From: Phyllosticta citribraziliensis | Taxonomy: Eukaryota | Reading direction: 5' to 3' | Assembly (NCBI RefSeq): GCF_038025025.1 | Contig: NW_027117340.1 | Span: forward strand, 1,178,001 to 1,242,000 | DNA length: 64,000 nucleotides | Part shown: in pieces, positions 1 to 11,392 of the stretch | Layout of the letters: every line of letters starts with the position of its first letter | How positions within the stretch are numbered: the first letter of the stretch is position 1 | Notes under the pieces: model-generated | Seen by the model: only the letters and a program-made list of their open reading frames with translations | What the model was told of the DNA's origin: nothing | Database searches by the model: none | Position numbers and translations under genes: made by a program

Positions 1-1031
1 TCAATGTCCCAGAGGCCTTCGGATTCCTCCCAAATCAAGTCAAATCTTTCTCAATACAAACCTCAGACGGCGAGAAGCTCCATGCATGGCATGTTCTTCC
101 ACTTGGAGTCTACAGTCGGAATCAAGAGCATCTCCTCGCAGCGCCTTCTGGTTCTGATCTCGCCTTGAAACTCCTTCGAGATGATCCTGAGTCACGTCTT
201 GTGATCTATTTCCATGGTACTGCAGGCTGCCTTGCTTCCGGATGGCGACCTGACAGTTACCGCGGGATATCTTCTGCTTCTCCTGACAAGATTCACGTCT
301 TGACTGCAGACTACCGCGGCTACGGCCAAAGTACGGGGATGCCATCAGAGGATGGCCTTTTGCTCGATGGCATCGCAATGGTCGACTGGGCCATTCACCA
401 AGCGGGAATTCCGGCTTCGCGAATTGTCATTTTCGGGCAATCTTTAGGCACTGCGGTAGCCATCTCCCTCATTCGACACTACGCCTCCGAAATACCAGCG
501 GTCTCCTTCTCTGGCACAGTCCTGGTCGCGTCCTTCTCTGACGTGGCAACTCTGACAGCAACTTATCGGATTGGCGGCGTCATTCCAGTACTCTCACCAC
601 TCTCGCGAGTACCACCCCTCCTGGCCTTTTTCAACTCATTTCTCCGGAGCACCTGGATGAGCAAAGACCGTATTGGCGAGTTCATACGGAGAAGTGAAAG
701 CGATGCCATCGCACAAAAATACCACCTCACATTTATTCATGCTGAGGATGACACTGACATCGATTGCCTCCACACCGACGTTTTGTTCTGGCATGCAGTG
801 AATGCAACCAAATCGATAGGCATTGGGTATGAGGAGCTCGAGCACGAGAAACAGCTCATGAAGAAAGAATGGGGTTCAGGGGGCTGGACTGTGGAATGGC
901 GGACGGACAAAGGGCTGATTCGGCAGGAAATGTTGAAGTATGGCGTCCATGACAGGCTCATGGCTTATCCTGCAACGTCGCTTGCAATTTTGAAGGCTTT
1001 CCAGGCGACCGATCCTGGATTTGGAAGATAA
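1..1031 (+). CDS. Alpha/beta hydrolase, ABHD12/BEM46-like (5' part outside window)
   Basis: Frame is open from position 3 (NVPEAFGF...TSDGEKLHAWHVLP). Motifs VIYFHGTAG, ADYRGYGQSTGMPSEDGL, nucleophile elbow GQSLG, IHAEDD and GVHD. Stop TAA at 1029-1031. Confidence 0.85.
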   Translation, partial: NVPEAFGFLPNQVKSFSIQTSDGEKLHAWHVLPLGVYSRNQEHLLAAPSGSDLALKLLRDDPESRLVIYFHGTAGCLASGWRPDSYRGISSASPDKIHVLTADYRGYGQSTGMPSEDGLLLDGIAMVDWAIHQAGIPASRIVIFGQSLGTAVAISLIRHYASEIPAVSFSGTVLVASFSDVATLTATYRIGGVIPVLSPLSRVPPLLAFFNSFLRSTWMSKDRIGEFIRRSESDAIAQKYHLTFIHAEDDTDIDCLHTDVLFWHAVNATKSIGIGYEELEHEKQLMKKEWGSGGWTVEWRTDKGLIRQEMLKYGVHDRLMAYPATSLAILKAFQATDPGFGR

Positions 1032-1791
1032 ATTGCACAAGACTTGCGCAAAGCGTCTTGTCGCACATAGAAAAATCTCACGGGTTGATGGAAGCGTTTG
1101 GATGCTCCCCATACATACCTATTCGTTTTGATTGATTGACTGCTTCTTATTCAATAATGCGCAAATACTTGATTTTTACAGAAAGACAAGTTTGGCCCCG
1201 AACTCAAGCCCACAATCTGCTCCTTCCGCGGTTCTGATATCTTCGTTTGATTGTCCTAGGTCCAAAACAAGACAGCGGTTCCTGAAGCCACGACGATTCC
1301 GCGTATAGCTTATGAGAGCTGTGCTGACAGGCAGAGCCTGTTCAGCCTCCAAGAAGCCTGCTGGCGGTCTAACATCTCGTTAGCAATGAATCTTGAATTT
1401 TCCCTGCAAATATTGGCATATGGGAAGTCAGAAGACAACTAATTGCTCAAGAATTCTGGTTCTGAATGTCCAAAATCAGGGAAATTACAATTTCGACCAA
1501 TCCGCAGTGCCAGCACTTGCCCTTGTGTTTCTTGGAAGCTGAATGAAAACGAACAAGCGATACCGCGCGGAGGACGATCCATGTAGAACAAAGAGATGTG
1601 GTGTGTGCTAGATCAAGGAACCTGCACTGAACAATGAGGACCAAGTGTCATGCAGACTGCACCTTTCTTAGAGCTCTCTTACTTGTGCGGACGCACTGGT
1701 CCTGCCGAACACCATAAATTTGTATAAGAGGGAGCAGAAGTAGCATTATTCATTCAGCATCTTTCACTCACGAACTATTTCTACAGCGAAC

Positions 1792-2163
1792 ATGGGTAGT
1801 TTCAGGAAGAAGATTTACAATCTGTGTCGCGCTATGGTGGGCGGCACCAACTACAAGAAGCTAACCACGGTAACGGTCGGTCCTGGCATTACTGCACTTC
1901 CGAAAGGCGAAACAAAGCTGCTGCAGTGGGGGATTCGACTCGATTTCTCCAGGGAAGTTGATGTCGACGGTGTCATCCATAACGAATTCAAGCTTCAGCC
2001 AAACCGTGGGAAGATTGCAGACTTCCTTGCGCGCTGGCGACAGCATCGTGGGGGAACCCATGCTGTAATCGCCACAATTCGCGTCAAAAAGAATGGCACC
2101 AAGGATGATGTCCTGAAGGGAATCGAGGAAGGTCTCGACGAGATGGACGAGGACGAGGAGTAG
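1792..2163 (+). CDS. Small intronless hypothetical protein (123 aa, basic N-terminus, acidic tail)
   Basis: True ATG start, TATA-like TATAAG at ~1723, coding-like codon usage, acidic end DEMDEDEE. No domain recognised. Confidence 0.65.
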   Translation: MGSFRKKIYNLCRAMVGGTNYKKLTTVTVGPGITALPKGETKLLQWGIRLDFSREVDVDGVIHNEFKLQPNRGKIADFLARWRQHRGGTHAVIATIRVKKNGTKDDVLKGIEEGLDEMDEDEE

Positions 2164-2574
2164 CGCCCACTCCAGCGCTCAACTACCGTACCCAGGTCCC
2201 AGAAACTGACTGACTTTTCTTTGTCTTTTCAATACTTACACCCGGTGGCTCAAATTCCTGAGTCAGACTGCTTTCGAATTCAAATTGCACATCAGCTTTC
2301 CACCAAATTGTCAAAGGCTTATACGATCCGGATACCAGTAGCTTTTCCAATGATCAGAATTAGCAATTTCCTTGAATGGCACAATACAGCGAGCATGGGC
2401 ACAGTGGGAAACTCCTCAAACAGAACTCAATTGCATTTGTGTGCAAAGTGAAGTAAAGTGAATGCTGGAAGTACGAGCTGCTGCCGCACATGGTCAGTGC
2501 GCACCATTTAGTGTTACCCACCAGGCTTGACAGCTCCAACCTGGACATCTCCACATCTTCTTTGACGAAATTCG

Positions 2575-4414
2575 ATGGCAACGATGAGACTGTTGAGGCA
2601 GCAGTCACATTGCCCATGGCGGTGTCTGATCACGTCCACGCGCCAACTGTGGCCTACAGCTAGACTGTTCAGCAAAACAGCGACTCGCTCCTCTGAAGCT
2701 CCTGATATTCGCAGTCCCCATTCACTCTTCGAATACACCAAGGGTCGGTTCTTGTGAGTCTCTGCATAGACCTCCAAAGTCGCTGAGATTGCTGACGAGG
2801 CTTCGCAGATTCAACGAAAAGTCGCGGCTGTTGGAAAGAACAACGCGCTTCAATGTCACCGAATTCAAATCGCTGGCAGCCAACTCCATCAACCAAAAGC
2901 TCGAAGATGTCGTTGGCTTCGAAAAGCTCGCTGATGGAGAATACAACCGGGTCTTCCTCATCACCATGCGCGATGGCTTCAAATTCATTGGGCGCATTCC
3001 CTATCCGATGCTGGAGCCGCATGGATTAGCCACCGCCAGTGAAGTCGCGACCATGGACTTTTTGCGACTCCATGGCTTGCCTGTCCCACAAGTCTTCGAC
3101 TATTCAGCCACTCCAAATAATGCAGCAGGTACCGAATTCGTCTTCATGGAGTTCGTTCCGGGACAACCTCTGGGCGATCTTACTTCCGATTTGGTGCCTC
3201 AAGAGGCCAGGCTCGAAATTGTCAAGCAGCTTGTGGAGCTGGAGTCTCGGATTTTCAGCCTGAGATTCCCCGCAAGTGGAAGCTTGTACTACTCGAAAGA
3301 CATTGAGCATGGTGTGGCGGTCGACTATCACAACCCTCTCGCCAAAGGTAGCTTCTGTGTTGGGCCTGACACTGACATGGACCTCTGGTGGGGAAGACGC
3401 TCGGATTTGGCTGTTGATTGCGGCCCTTGTAAGAATCTCTGCTCGCTCACCTGGCAACGCTGACATTGATTAGACTTGGACAACGACGCCATCGTTAGTG
3501 CCGGAGCCAGAAAAGAAATTGCGTATTTGAAAGAATTCGCGCGTCCAGTCCACCCTTATTTCCGTGGAAATAAAGAGTTCTACGATTGTCAAAAGCAGGA
3601 CCCCAAAATGCATCGCAAGCTTCTCGAGAAGTACTTGCAGATTGTGCCACACTTGATTCCCAAAGATTCATCGACAAGGCCAGTACTCAGGCACCGAAAT
3701 CTGGCTTTGGAAAACATCATGATCTCACTACCGCACAACATCACCAGTCTGATCAATTGGCAAAATTGCTCCATTCGCCCTCTCTTTCTTCAAAGCGGGA
3801 TTCCAGAGCTCTTTCACGAGTCGGAGTGGCTCGAGGCTGATTGCCTGAACGAGCCCTCGCTACCTGCCGACTTCCAAAACCTGGACAAGGCGAAACAAGC
3901 GCGTCAGCAACATATCTTCGAACAGCGCCAAATCCACTACACCTACATCACTGCCACAGAGAAGGCGAATGCGGAGCATATGAGTATCATGAAGATACCA
4001 GGAAGTGATGTGCGGCGCAAGCTATGCTTGATCGCTGGCCACCCCTGGTATGGTGATAGCTTCCCCTTGAAGCTCAGTCTGATCCATTTGGGCCGGGTTT
4101 GGGACAGGCTTCAAGACAAGAAAGTAGACGCTGTGAAGGTCTTGCCTTTCCAATGGACCGAGGAGGAATGGCAAGCAGCTTTTGCAGTGTTCAAGGAACG
4201 TCTCGACGCTCAAAAAGCATTTGCTCTTACTCGCCAAATCATTGGACTGGAGGATCCTGATGGTGAGGTCCCGCCCGACAAATACGAAGAGGTCAAGGCT
4301 TGTGCGGATGGCTTCAAGGCTGCTATGTTGGCGGCAGAGGATTCGAAAGAAGAGAAGAGGATCGTTGAAGAGTGCTGGTACTTTGAAGACTTCAATGAGG
4401 AAGAGTACAAGTGA
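2575..4414 (+). CDS. Phosphotransferase (APH/choline kinase-like) family protein, AIM9-like; 3 exons
   Basis: LFEYTKGRFL, FNVTEFK, KLADGEYNRVFLITMRDG, TASEVATMDFLR, EFVFMEFVPG, LRHRNLALENIMI, SLINWQ. Introns GTGAGT ~2754-2809 and GTAAGA ~3429-3473. Arg/Ser-rich N-terminus resembles a mitochondrial presequence. Confidence 0.85.
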
Positions 4415-5171
4415 GATTGCTCACACTTGATGATCGTGGTTACGAGAAGATGGCAAGGAAGGCGGACGACTTTGCGCCAAAGCAGGCACAAGAAGACTGT
4501 GTCGAGTCGATGGGAAGAAGCCAACATTGCTTCAAGACGCCTATACTCGACGTGCGGGTAACGGGAATCAGCGACAGACACCTCCATGCTCGTGGCTGAA
4601 GAATCTCGGTGGTCCCTGCGTCGAGGAAAAGCAGCTGGACGGTTTCGAGCCATGCACTTGTTGAATGGAAGATCAGTGTGCAATGCTTCAGCTACTGGAA
4701 ACAACGACTCCACTCTCAACGCCCTTCGTGGCACATCATGTAGAATAGTCAAGGTAGCAATGAAACTCATCTCCCTCAAACCCTCAACGGCTTTCTTATG
4801 CAGAGCCAAATCAGCAGCAGCCATACTCAAACCACTCCCGCACAGCACGAAAAACTCCAAGGATCAGTACAATCGTAGCGTTGCCTCAGGGGGGTATCTA
4901 TCTGCCTCTACCTGCTGTAGAACGAACGAACGACGCAAAAAAAGCAACCGAGAAATAAGGAGCGCCATCTGATTCACGCTACTCTGAGACGAAGAAAGCG
5001 ACAAAGGTCCAGATACCGAAGCGCCTCGGGAATGGACGCCGAAATCCAGCTCTTCAGCAAATAAACCGAACGCAGTTTCGCCGATCCATGCAATGTGGGA
5101 ATATTTTGCTGTCCCACGTGGTTTACCATTTGTTTGATACGCACGCTTGAAAAGATCCATGGCTGCACGGC

Positions 5172-6350
5172 TCATCGGCCAAAGCGCAACGAGGCATTGG
5201 CGTACTTGTGTAGGCCGCGCAGGAAGGTTTGGTAGCCAACGACGGAGGTGTCTGGAGAGTGGCTGAGAACGAAAGTTAGTCGAAAAAGTTCAAGTTCAAG
5301 ATCAAGGCCAAAGCTTCCCCGGGCCCGCTGGTACAAGGATCCACTTACAATATCTCGGTCAGTCGTACTTGCCACGGAGGGTAGCCCTTCAACTCCACGC
5401 GCGGCCCAAACAGAATCAACAGGTCCGGCTCGCCCATGACGCTCTCAGTGATTTCCGCATCAATCAGCTCCATGCTAATGTCGGAGGGCGACAGCTTTCT
5501 CTTCTGCGACATTTCCGCAAGTGTCTTCGTAAGATCTACGAGCGTGCTACGCCCGTCCTCGGCGCTGAGCAGGAGAATTGTCAGATGCGAAAGCGGTGCG
5601 CGGCCATTCGGATTGGCGTCTGAGGGGGTCGCAGCAGAGTGCTCAGGTGGTGTTGTCGGGGGACTAAAGGAAGGCAGGTTGGGGGCGCGCAAAGAGAGAG
5701 TCGGCTTTTTGGAAGGGCCAAAGTAAGACTCGAGGGTGCGAGAGATGCGGCGGTGAGTTGCGGGGAGGTAGTTTTTCAAGATACCTAGACGCGCAGTATT
5801 GTTAGTCGACATGTCACTTGTGTAACTTGAAGTGGTGAGGAGCTATACCTGTCTTTTCGTACACACTCAGCGCAGGGATACCGGCGCTGGCACACCAGGC
5901 AGCGACTTCACTAATGTCGTTGACAAGGCCTTCAAGGCCAGCTCCGCGCTGTTCATCATCGTTGAAGTCGAGAATGATACTGAGGTGTTTTGGCAGCCTC
6001 TGGAGGTGCTTGATGTCTTTTTGTATGAGCTCCGGCGAGCGGTGGTGGTAGTAGAGGGTTGCGAATATGCGGTCGACAATGGCATGGTAAACTATTCTCA
6101 GGCGAACATAGACGGAGAAGACGGTCTGGATCAGGGTGTAGAGGATGAAGTGCAGCTGCTGGCGCACAAAGTCGCGCATGGGCTTCTTCTTCATTGGCCT
6201 GGAGGGGCGGCGGACTGGCGAGGACGAGGGAGACGGCGTCGCAGTGTTGGGTTCGGAGGGGAGATAGGGCTTGAGGAGCTCTTCGCGCTCTTTGGCGGTC
6301 ATTTTGTCGGCAGCAGTGGCTGGGGGAGTGCCATTGCGGATTCCCACCAT
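5172..6350 (-). CDS. NUS1: Dehydrodolichyl diphosphate synthase complex subunit NUS1 (Nogo-B receptor homologue); 3 exons
   Basis: YHHRSPELIQKDIKHLQRLPKHLSIIL, AAWCASAGIPALSVYEKTG, LLSAEDGR, EPDLLILFGP..LKGYPPWQVRLTEI, C-terminal RFGR. Introns ~5848-5785 and ~5348-5263. Confidence 0.93.
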
Positions 6351-6706
6351 GGTGGAGGAAGCACAGCAGGCGAGCAGGCGGGCAGGCGGGCCTTGTGACG
6401 TGGAGCGCAGGAGAGCGGCGAGTGGCAGGGCGTACAGAGCAAAGGAAGCGGAGCGTCTAGGAAGGGTAAAAGGTGGGCGGGATATAAAATGGTGGAGACA
6501 AGTGAAGCCTGGAGACTTCGTCAGCGGAGAGGCGGAGTGGAATGTGGAAGGTGGCAGCGACGGCGGACAGGGTTCAGTACAGGGTAAAAAACCGGCTTAG
6601 TCAGGTCCCGGGCAAGCCACGGGTGGCGGTGCCTAACCTAACAACAGGATGACCGATGCAATGCAACCGTCGGTCGTCAACAAGTTCGTCGCACCTGGAC
6701 TGTCGC

Positions 6707-7213
6707 ATGTCCACCACCCGCAAAAAAGTCACCGTGCTGCGCCTCCGTCACAAGCTGCGCGAGGTCCGTCTGCACCCAAGGACTGAGCTGGTGCGCTTTG
6801 TGCACAAGCTCAAGGGCATCCTCGTCGCTGTCTTTGTCGGAAACGGCAGCAGCTCGAGCAGACCTGGGCCGTGCGAGCACGATTCCGCGTCCGCCAGGGC
6901 TGCTCCATCCCGCCGCCATCATCCTCGCATCATTCGCACCGACTTGCTGTCACCCCCGCGACACACTCCTCCCGGCTACCAGTCCATCCGCTGTGTCACC
7001 CCCTCTGAGCTCGAACAGGGCCTTCACGACGACGCTCCCCCCGGCGTCCCTTACCAGCAGTACTTCCCCTACCGTTCCTACGAGGACCTCCGTGCCGCCG
7101 AAGACCGCCGCATATCCGACCGCGAGCTGCTAGCTGTCCAAGAGCTGCGAGAGGCCAGGCGACGCGCCTCTTCCATCGTCTCCCAGCACCGCCTCATGTC
7201 CGATCGCCTCTAG
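6707..7213 (+). CDS. Putative orphan ORF (~168 aa) directly upstream of SEC10
   Basis: ATG at 6707 (alternative ATG at 6656) and strong C/G third-position bias. Stop TAG at 7211-7213 is 5 nt before the SEC10 ATG, in a different frame. Confidence 0.45.
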   Translation: MSTTRKKVTVLRLRHKLREVRLHPRTELVRFVHKLKGILVAVFVGNGSSSSRPGPCEHDSASARAAPSRRHHPRIIRTDLLSPPRHTPPGYQSIRCVTPSELEQGLHDDAPPGVPYQQYFPYRSYEDLRAAEDRRISDRELLAVQELREARRRASSIVSQHRLMSDRL

Positions 7214-7218
7214 TCGCC

Positions 7219-9877
7219 ATGCCTGCCTCCATGTCCGACACCGCCTCCGCCCGCACCTCGCGCGCCCAGTCGTACAGAGGTCCGCAGTTCTCCCTGACCA
7301 CCTTTGCCAACAAAGACTTTATAGTCAAGGACTTTATCGAAACCCTATCCGACAGCGCCGTGCCCGCCAGTCGCAGATCCGGCCCCAACTCCAAGGTAGC
7401 ATTCGACCCGAAGCCCTTGATTCGCACATTCGAACATGCTCTGGGCAGGCTGGGCGCGCTTTCGGAGGAATTGGAGATGAAGGAGAATGAAATGGCTGGA
7501 GCTGTGAGGAGGGCCGAGGCTGCACACAATGCCAAGGTTGACTCGCTGGGCAAGAAGCTCGAGGGAGCTGTCAAGTCGTTTCACCACCTGGACAGCTCCT
7601 TGAATGGGACCGTGGGCGACGGTGTCGAGGGCGAGGCAGGAGGCAATGTTGCAGTGAGAATCGGAGAACGATTGGAGGAGTTGGACAGGCAAAGGCAACG
7701 TGCACAAGACGCAAAATTCCTCATACAATGCTGGATGGAGGTGAGCGAGCGAGGCGACCTCTCATCGCTCGAGGATGTCAGGAGACTGGGAGGCGGCGAC
7801 GGGAAAGTTCGCTGTGCCCACATTGCCAGGCAGCTTCTCAGGCTCAGCCATCGATTGGATCCAGACACCCAGATCAACGGTCACCGAACAAACGGAGTCG
7901 ACATCAATGGCCAAAACGGCAGTGGAAAGAAGCACAACTCGCGAGAGATTATCGAGAAGTTCTTGGAAATGCTGGAGAAGGATCTGTTGAAGCAGTTTGA
8001 CGACTTTTACAGAAGACAAAATTTCGACGGCATGCGGGAATGTGCTGCGGCACTGCGCGACTTTAATGACGGAGCCAGTGTCATGGGACTGTTTGTCAAC
8101 CAGCATCAATTCTTCATCGACCGCAGCCAGCTGGTCACAGAAGAGGTGGTAGGCGATAGCGAAACCTGGGATCGATTAGCAGATCCGGACGCGGAGCCTC
8201 CGGGAGTCGAGTCAAGCCTTCAATCTCTGGTCGACGAAGTCCGCATCGTCGTCCAAGAGGAATCTTTCATCATCAAGCGAGCCTTTCCCTATCCAGAAGA
8301 GGTGCTCGTGCGCTTTTTGCAAAGAGTGTTCCAGCAGTCGATCCAAGCGCGTCTGGAAATGGTCCTGGAGAAGGCCAACGACATTTCGTCGCTCGCCTTT
8401 TTGCGATCCCTTCAGGCAGCAAGAAGCTACATCGGAAACCTGGTGGAGGACCTCAAAGCACATGGGTTGACGGAGCATCCCGAGCCGGCCTCATCTCAGG
8501 TCGCCGCCACACTTGACCAGCAGTTGGAAGAGCTCTTTGTCCCATACCTCCTAGGATCCTCGTACATTGAAAGAGAAAAGAAGAACTTGGAAGAGCTGTA
8601 CTCTTCGCTTCTCTTCAAGTTCACCGTCTATCATTCCAAGAAGCGCAAGACGTCAACATCATATCTCGGCTCCCTCAGCCAAAGGGGAAGAGAGCTATTT
8701 GCCTCGGCAAAAGACGCTTACATTGAACGTCTGGGCTCTGCCGACATTCCTTCCTCGCAAAGGAGCATGATGATGAGGCTTGCCGGCTTGAAAGAGTCGG
8801 ACAGCGACAAGGAGATCGACGTGTCGGAGGAGGATGGTCAACTGAGTCTCTCCAATGCTAAGCGGATGCTCAAGTGGCTTGCCGAAGGTGTAGGCAGAGG
8901 GCTTGAGCTCACCTCGGGCAGCGAGACGCCCAAAGATGTGCAAGCCCTGCTGCAGCTTCTTCTACAAAATGTCGGAGAGATTTATCTGGAAACGGCACTG
9001 GATGGGTAAGTCATCTGCTCTTGTATTGACAGTTTTTGCTAATAATCGCAGCGCCGCTGAGCTCGCCGCATCCCAAGAAAACAACAAGAACACTGCTCCT
9101 GACCTATCATACCTATATTCTCTTCGCACCTCGATTGGAATCCTACACCTTCTCCAGCTCTCCATCAATACCGTGCTCCTGCCACTTGCCGCCCCCTCCC
9201 TTACAACACGTCGCGAGATTGAAAAGACGACCAACTCAACCATTACCACCCTCGAAACCAAAATCTCTAATATCCTCCAGAAGACGGTCGACGTGACACT
9301 GTCGTGGACTACCAAGCTCCTCGCAGGTCAAAAGAAGCAAGACTTTCGACCCCGCGACGACGACCTTGTGTCGCTTGGAGCCGAAACCCCAACCTGTCTA
9401 GCTGTGACGCGCTGGCTGGATCGTGTCGCAACACAAGCCGGTGCAGCGCTGACCCAACCCGCTCTTGGCCTCTTCCTATCCGAAGTCGCGCTCGGTCTGC
9501 GCTCACTCCTCCTCGACCACTTCCGCCGCTTCACTGTATCCCTCACTGGCGGCCTCGTCGTATCCAAAGATGCAACCAAGTACGCCGAACTCGTGCGCAA
9601 CTGGCCCACCAGCCCCGCATCGGGTGAATCGAGCGGCAAGGGCGACGACAAGAGCGGCAAAGGTGTTGGCGCGGGTGGAGCAGCTGTCGGCGGCTTCGAG
9701 AAGGGCGGCATGGACGTGCTGGTCGAGGTGGCCAATTTGTTCGTCATCGGGCCCGAAGCGCTGCGCGAGCGGCTGCGCGGCGTCAATCCGGCAGACCGCG
9801 AGGGCCTGAGGAGCTTTGTCCGCAACAGGGAGGATGCAGGAACGGTAGGCGTGCAAGCAGTCTTGGCAGGGCTGTGA
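7219..9877 (+). CDS. SEC10: Exocyst complex component Sec10; 2 exons
   Basis: FDPKPLIRTFE, DFNDGASVMGLFVNQHQFFI, FLQRVFQQSIQARLE, QKKQDFRPRDDD, GGLVVSKD, ANLFVIGPEALRERL. Intron GTAAGT ~9006-9050. Confidence 0.95.
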
Positions 9878-10432
9878 GCGTGATTCGAATTGGAGTTGGG
9901 AGCGGGCTCCGTGGGGAAACGGAGTGAATGGCTGGGTCGGTTTGGCGTTGCTTGATGTGCTTCTAGGTGGGAGGGGATCGGGCTGGTCGCATCCATCAAC
10001 ATCTTTCGTGCTGTATTTTTGGCCATCGGCTGTTGCTTTTGGGGCTGGCACTTTCGTGCAGTGTACAACCTGGTCGGTGCTGCCTATTAATCCTTCTGTC
10101 CTTCTTACGCGAGCAAATACTGTCTATTTTCTGCTTCCTCCTGCTTCAGCGTGGAGTCTTTTAAGCGTCGTTGTTTTACTGGTTCGGCTTCTCTTTTGCG
10201 TGTTTGGCAGACACAGGCGATCTACACATCTCAGGCTTTGAGCGGTTTGAAGGGTGAAAACGAGGCCCTGCTTAATGCCTTTTGATGGAATACAGCAAGT
10301 TGCTCATCTACCACATTACGTCATTTGGAATGTGTCTTCCTCAGACTCGTAAAATGCATTTCATATCGTTGGGAGAAGGAAAACAGAGATATCAAACAGT
10401 TAACCCAAGACAAACACTCCACCACGCCTACA

Positions 10433-11392
10433 TTACCTCTCCGCCTCACCCACCCAGCCCTCCTTGCCAGCAGCCACAGCGCCCATTTCCTCCTCGCCCA
10501 GCGCCATGCCACTTCCACCCCTCCTGACATCCTTCTCGCTCCACTTGCCCTTGCGCCCCATCAGACCCTCGGTCAGCTTGACCCTCGCCCAGATGATGCC
10601 ATCGACGAGGGCAAAGATGATGAAGCAGCCGATTGCGATGCCGAAGCAGTAGCCGGCGACGACGCCGCTGCCGTTGGCCCGGACGTCGAGGAACGAGTAG
10701 ACGTAGAAGCCCTCGGTGGCGTGCGTCACGTACGCCAGGCCCAGGTAGCAGGCCAGCAGGAAGATGAGCGGGCCGATGTGCCACCACGGCCGCATCTGCG
10801 TGCGCGGCAGCACGATCTCGACCAGGGCGAAGACCGAGTTGAGCGCGTGCGCCGTCGTGTTGTACCACGCGGCGAAGGTGGTTTCGAAGTAGCCCGGGAA
10901 GAGGATGGCCCAGAAGACGACTGGTGAGGCGCAGTGTTAGTATTCTTGGAATGTGTCTTGGGGTTGGGGGGGCGCGCCAAGCAATCAGGGGGCGCTCCAG
11001 GGGTACCACGCACTCGTGACGATGAACGGAAACACAGTGATTGTGCTGTAGAAAATGGCATGCAGCTCCTGGCACCAGCGCGGCCAGCGGGCCAGCAGCG
11101 GGCGCCCTGTCAGCCAGTACGTCCCCGTATGCGCCGCGGCGACGGCAAAGTAGAAGCTGAGCCCCCAGTACGTGAGGTTGGTGAAGTAGGAGAACGACTG
11201 GCCGGCGGTGCCGCCGTGCGTTCCATTCCAGCCCAGGTTGACAAAGGTCGCGATGAAGGCGTAGGAGGAGAGGGTCGCGCGGTAGGCGAAGAGCGCGCCG
11301 GGCGACAGCAGCCACGACGTCTCGTAGCGGTGCGACGGGTCGAAGGGCCCTGGGGCGATGAAGTAGTCGCGAAGCGCTCTGTTGGCGACCAT
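10433..11392 (-). CDS. Multi-pass membrane protein, FAR-17a/AIG1-like; 2 exons
   Basis: FDPSHRYETSWLL, SFSYFTNLTYWGLSFYF, FPFIVT|VVFWAIL, HALNSVFALVEI, GFYVYSFLD. Intron at about 11013-10924. Confidence 0.8.

Noticed and set aside
4420..5170. Minus-strand ORFs between the phosphotransferase and NUS1, including a 14-nt match AAACCCTCAACGGC shared with ~17146
   Set aside because: No proper start or recognisable domain, and one short match is not enough to call a gene or duplication.
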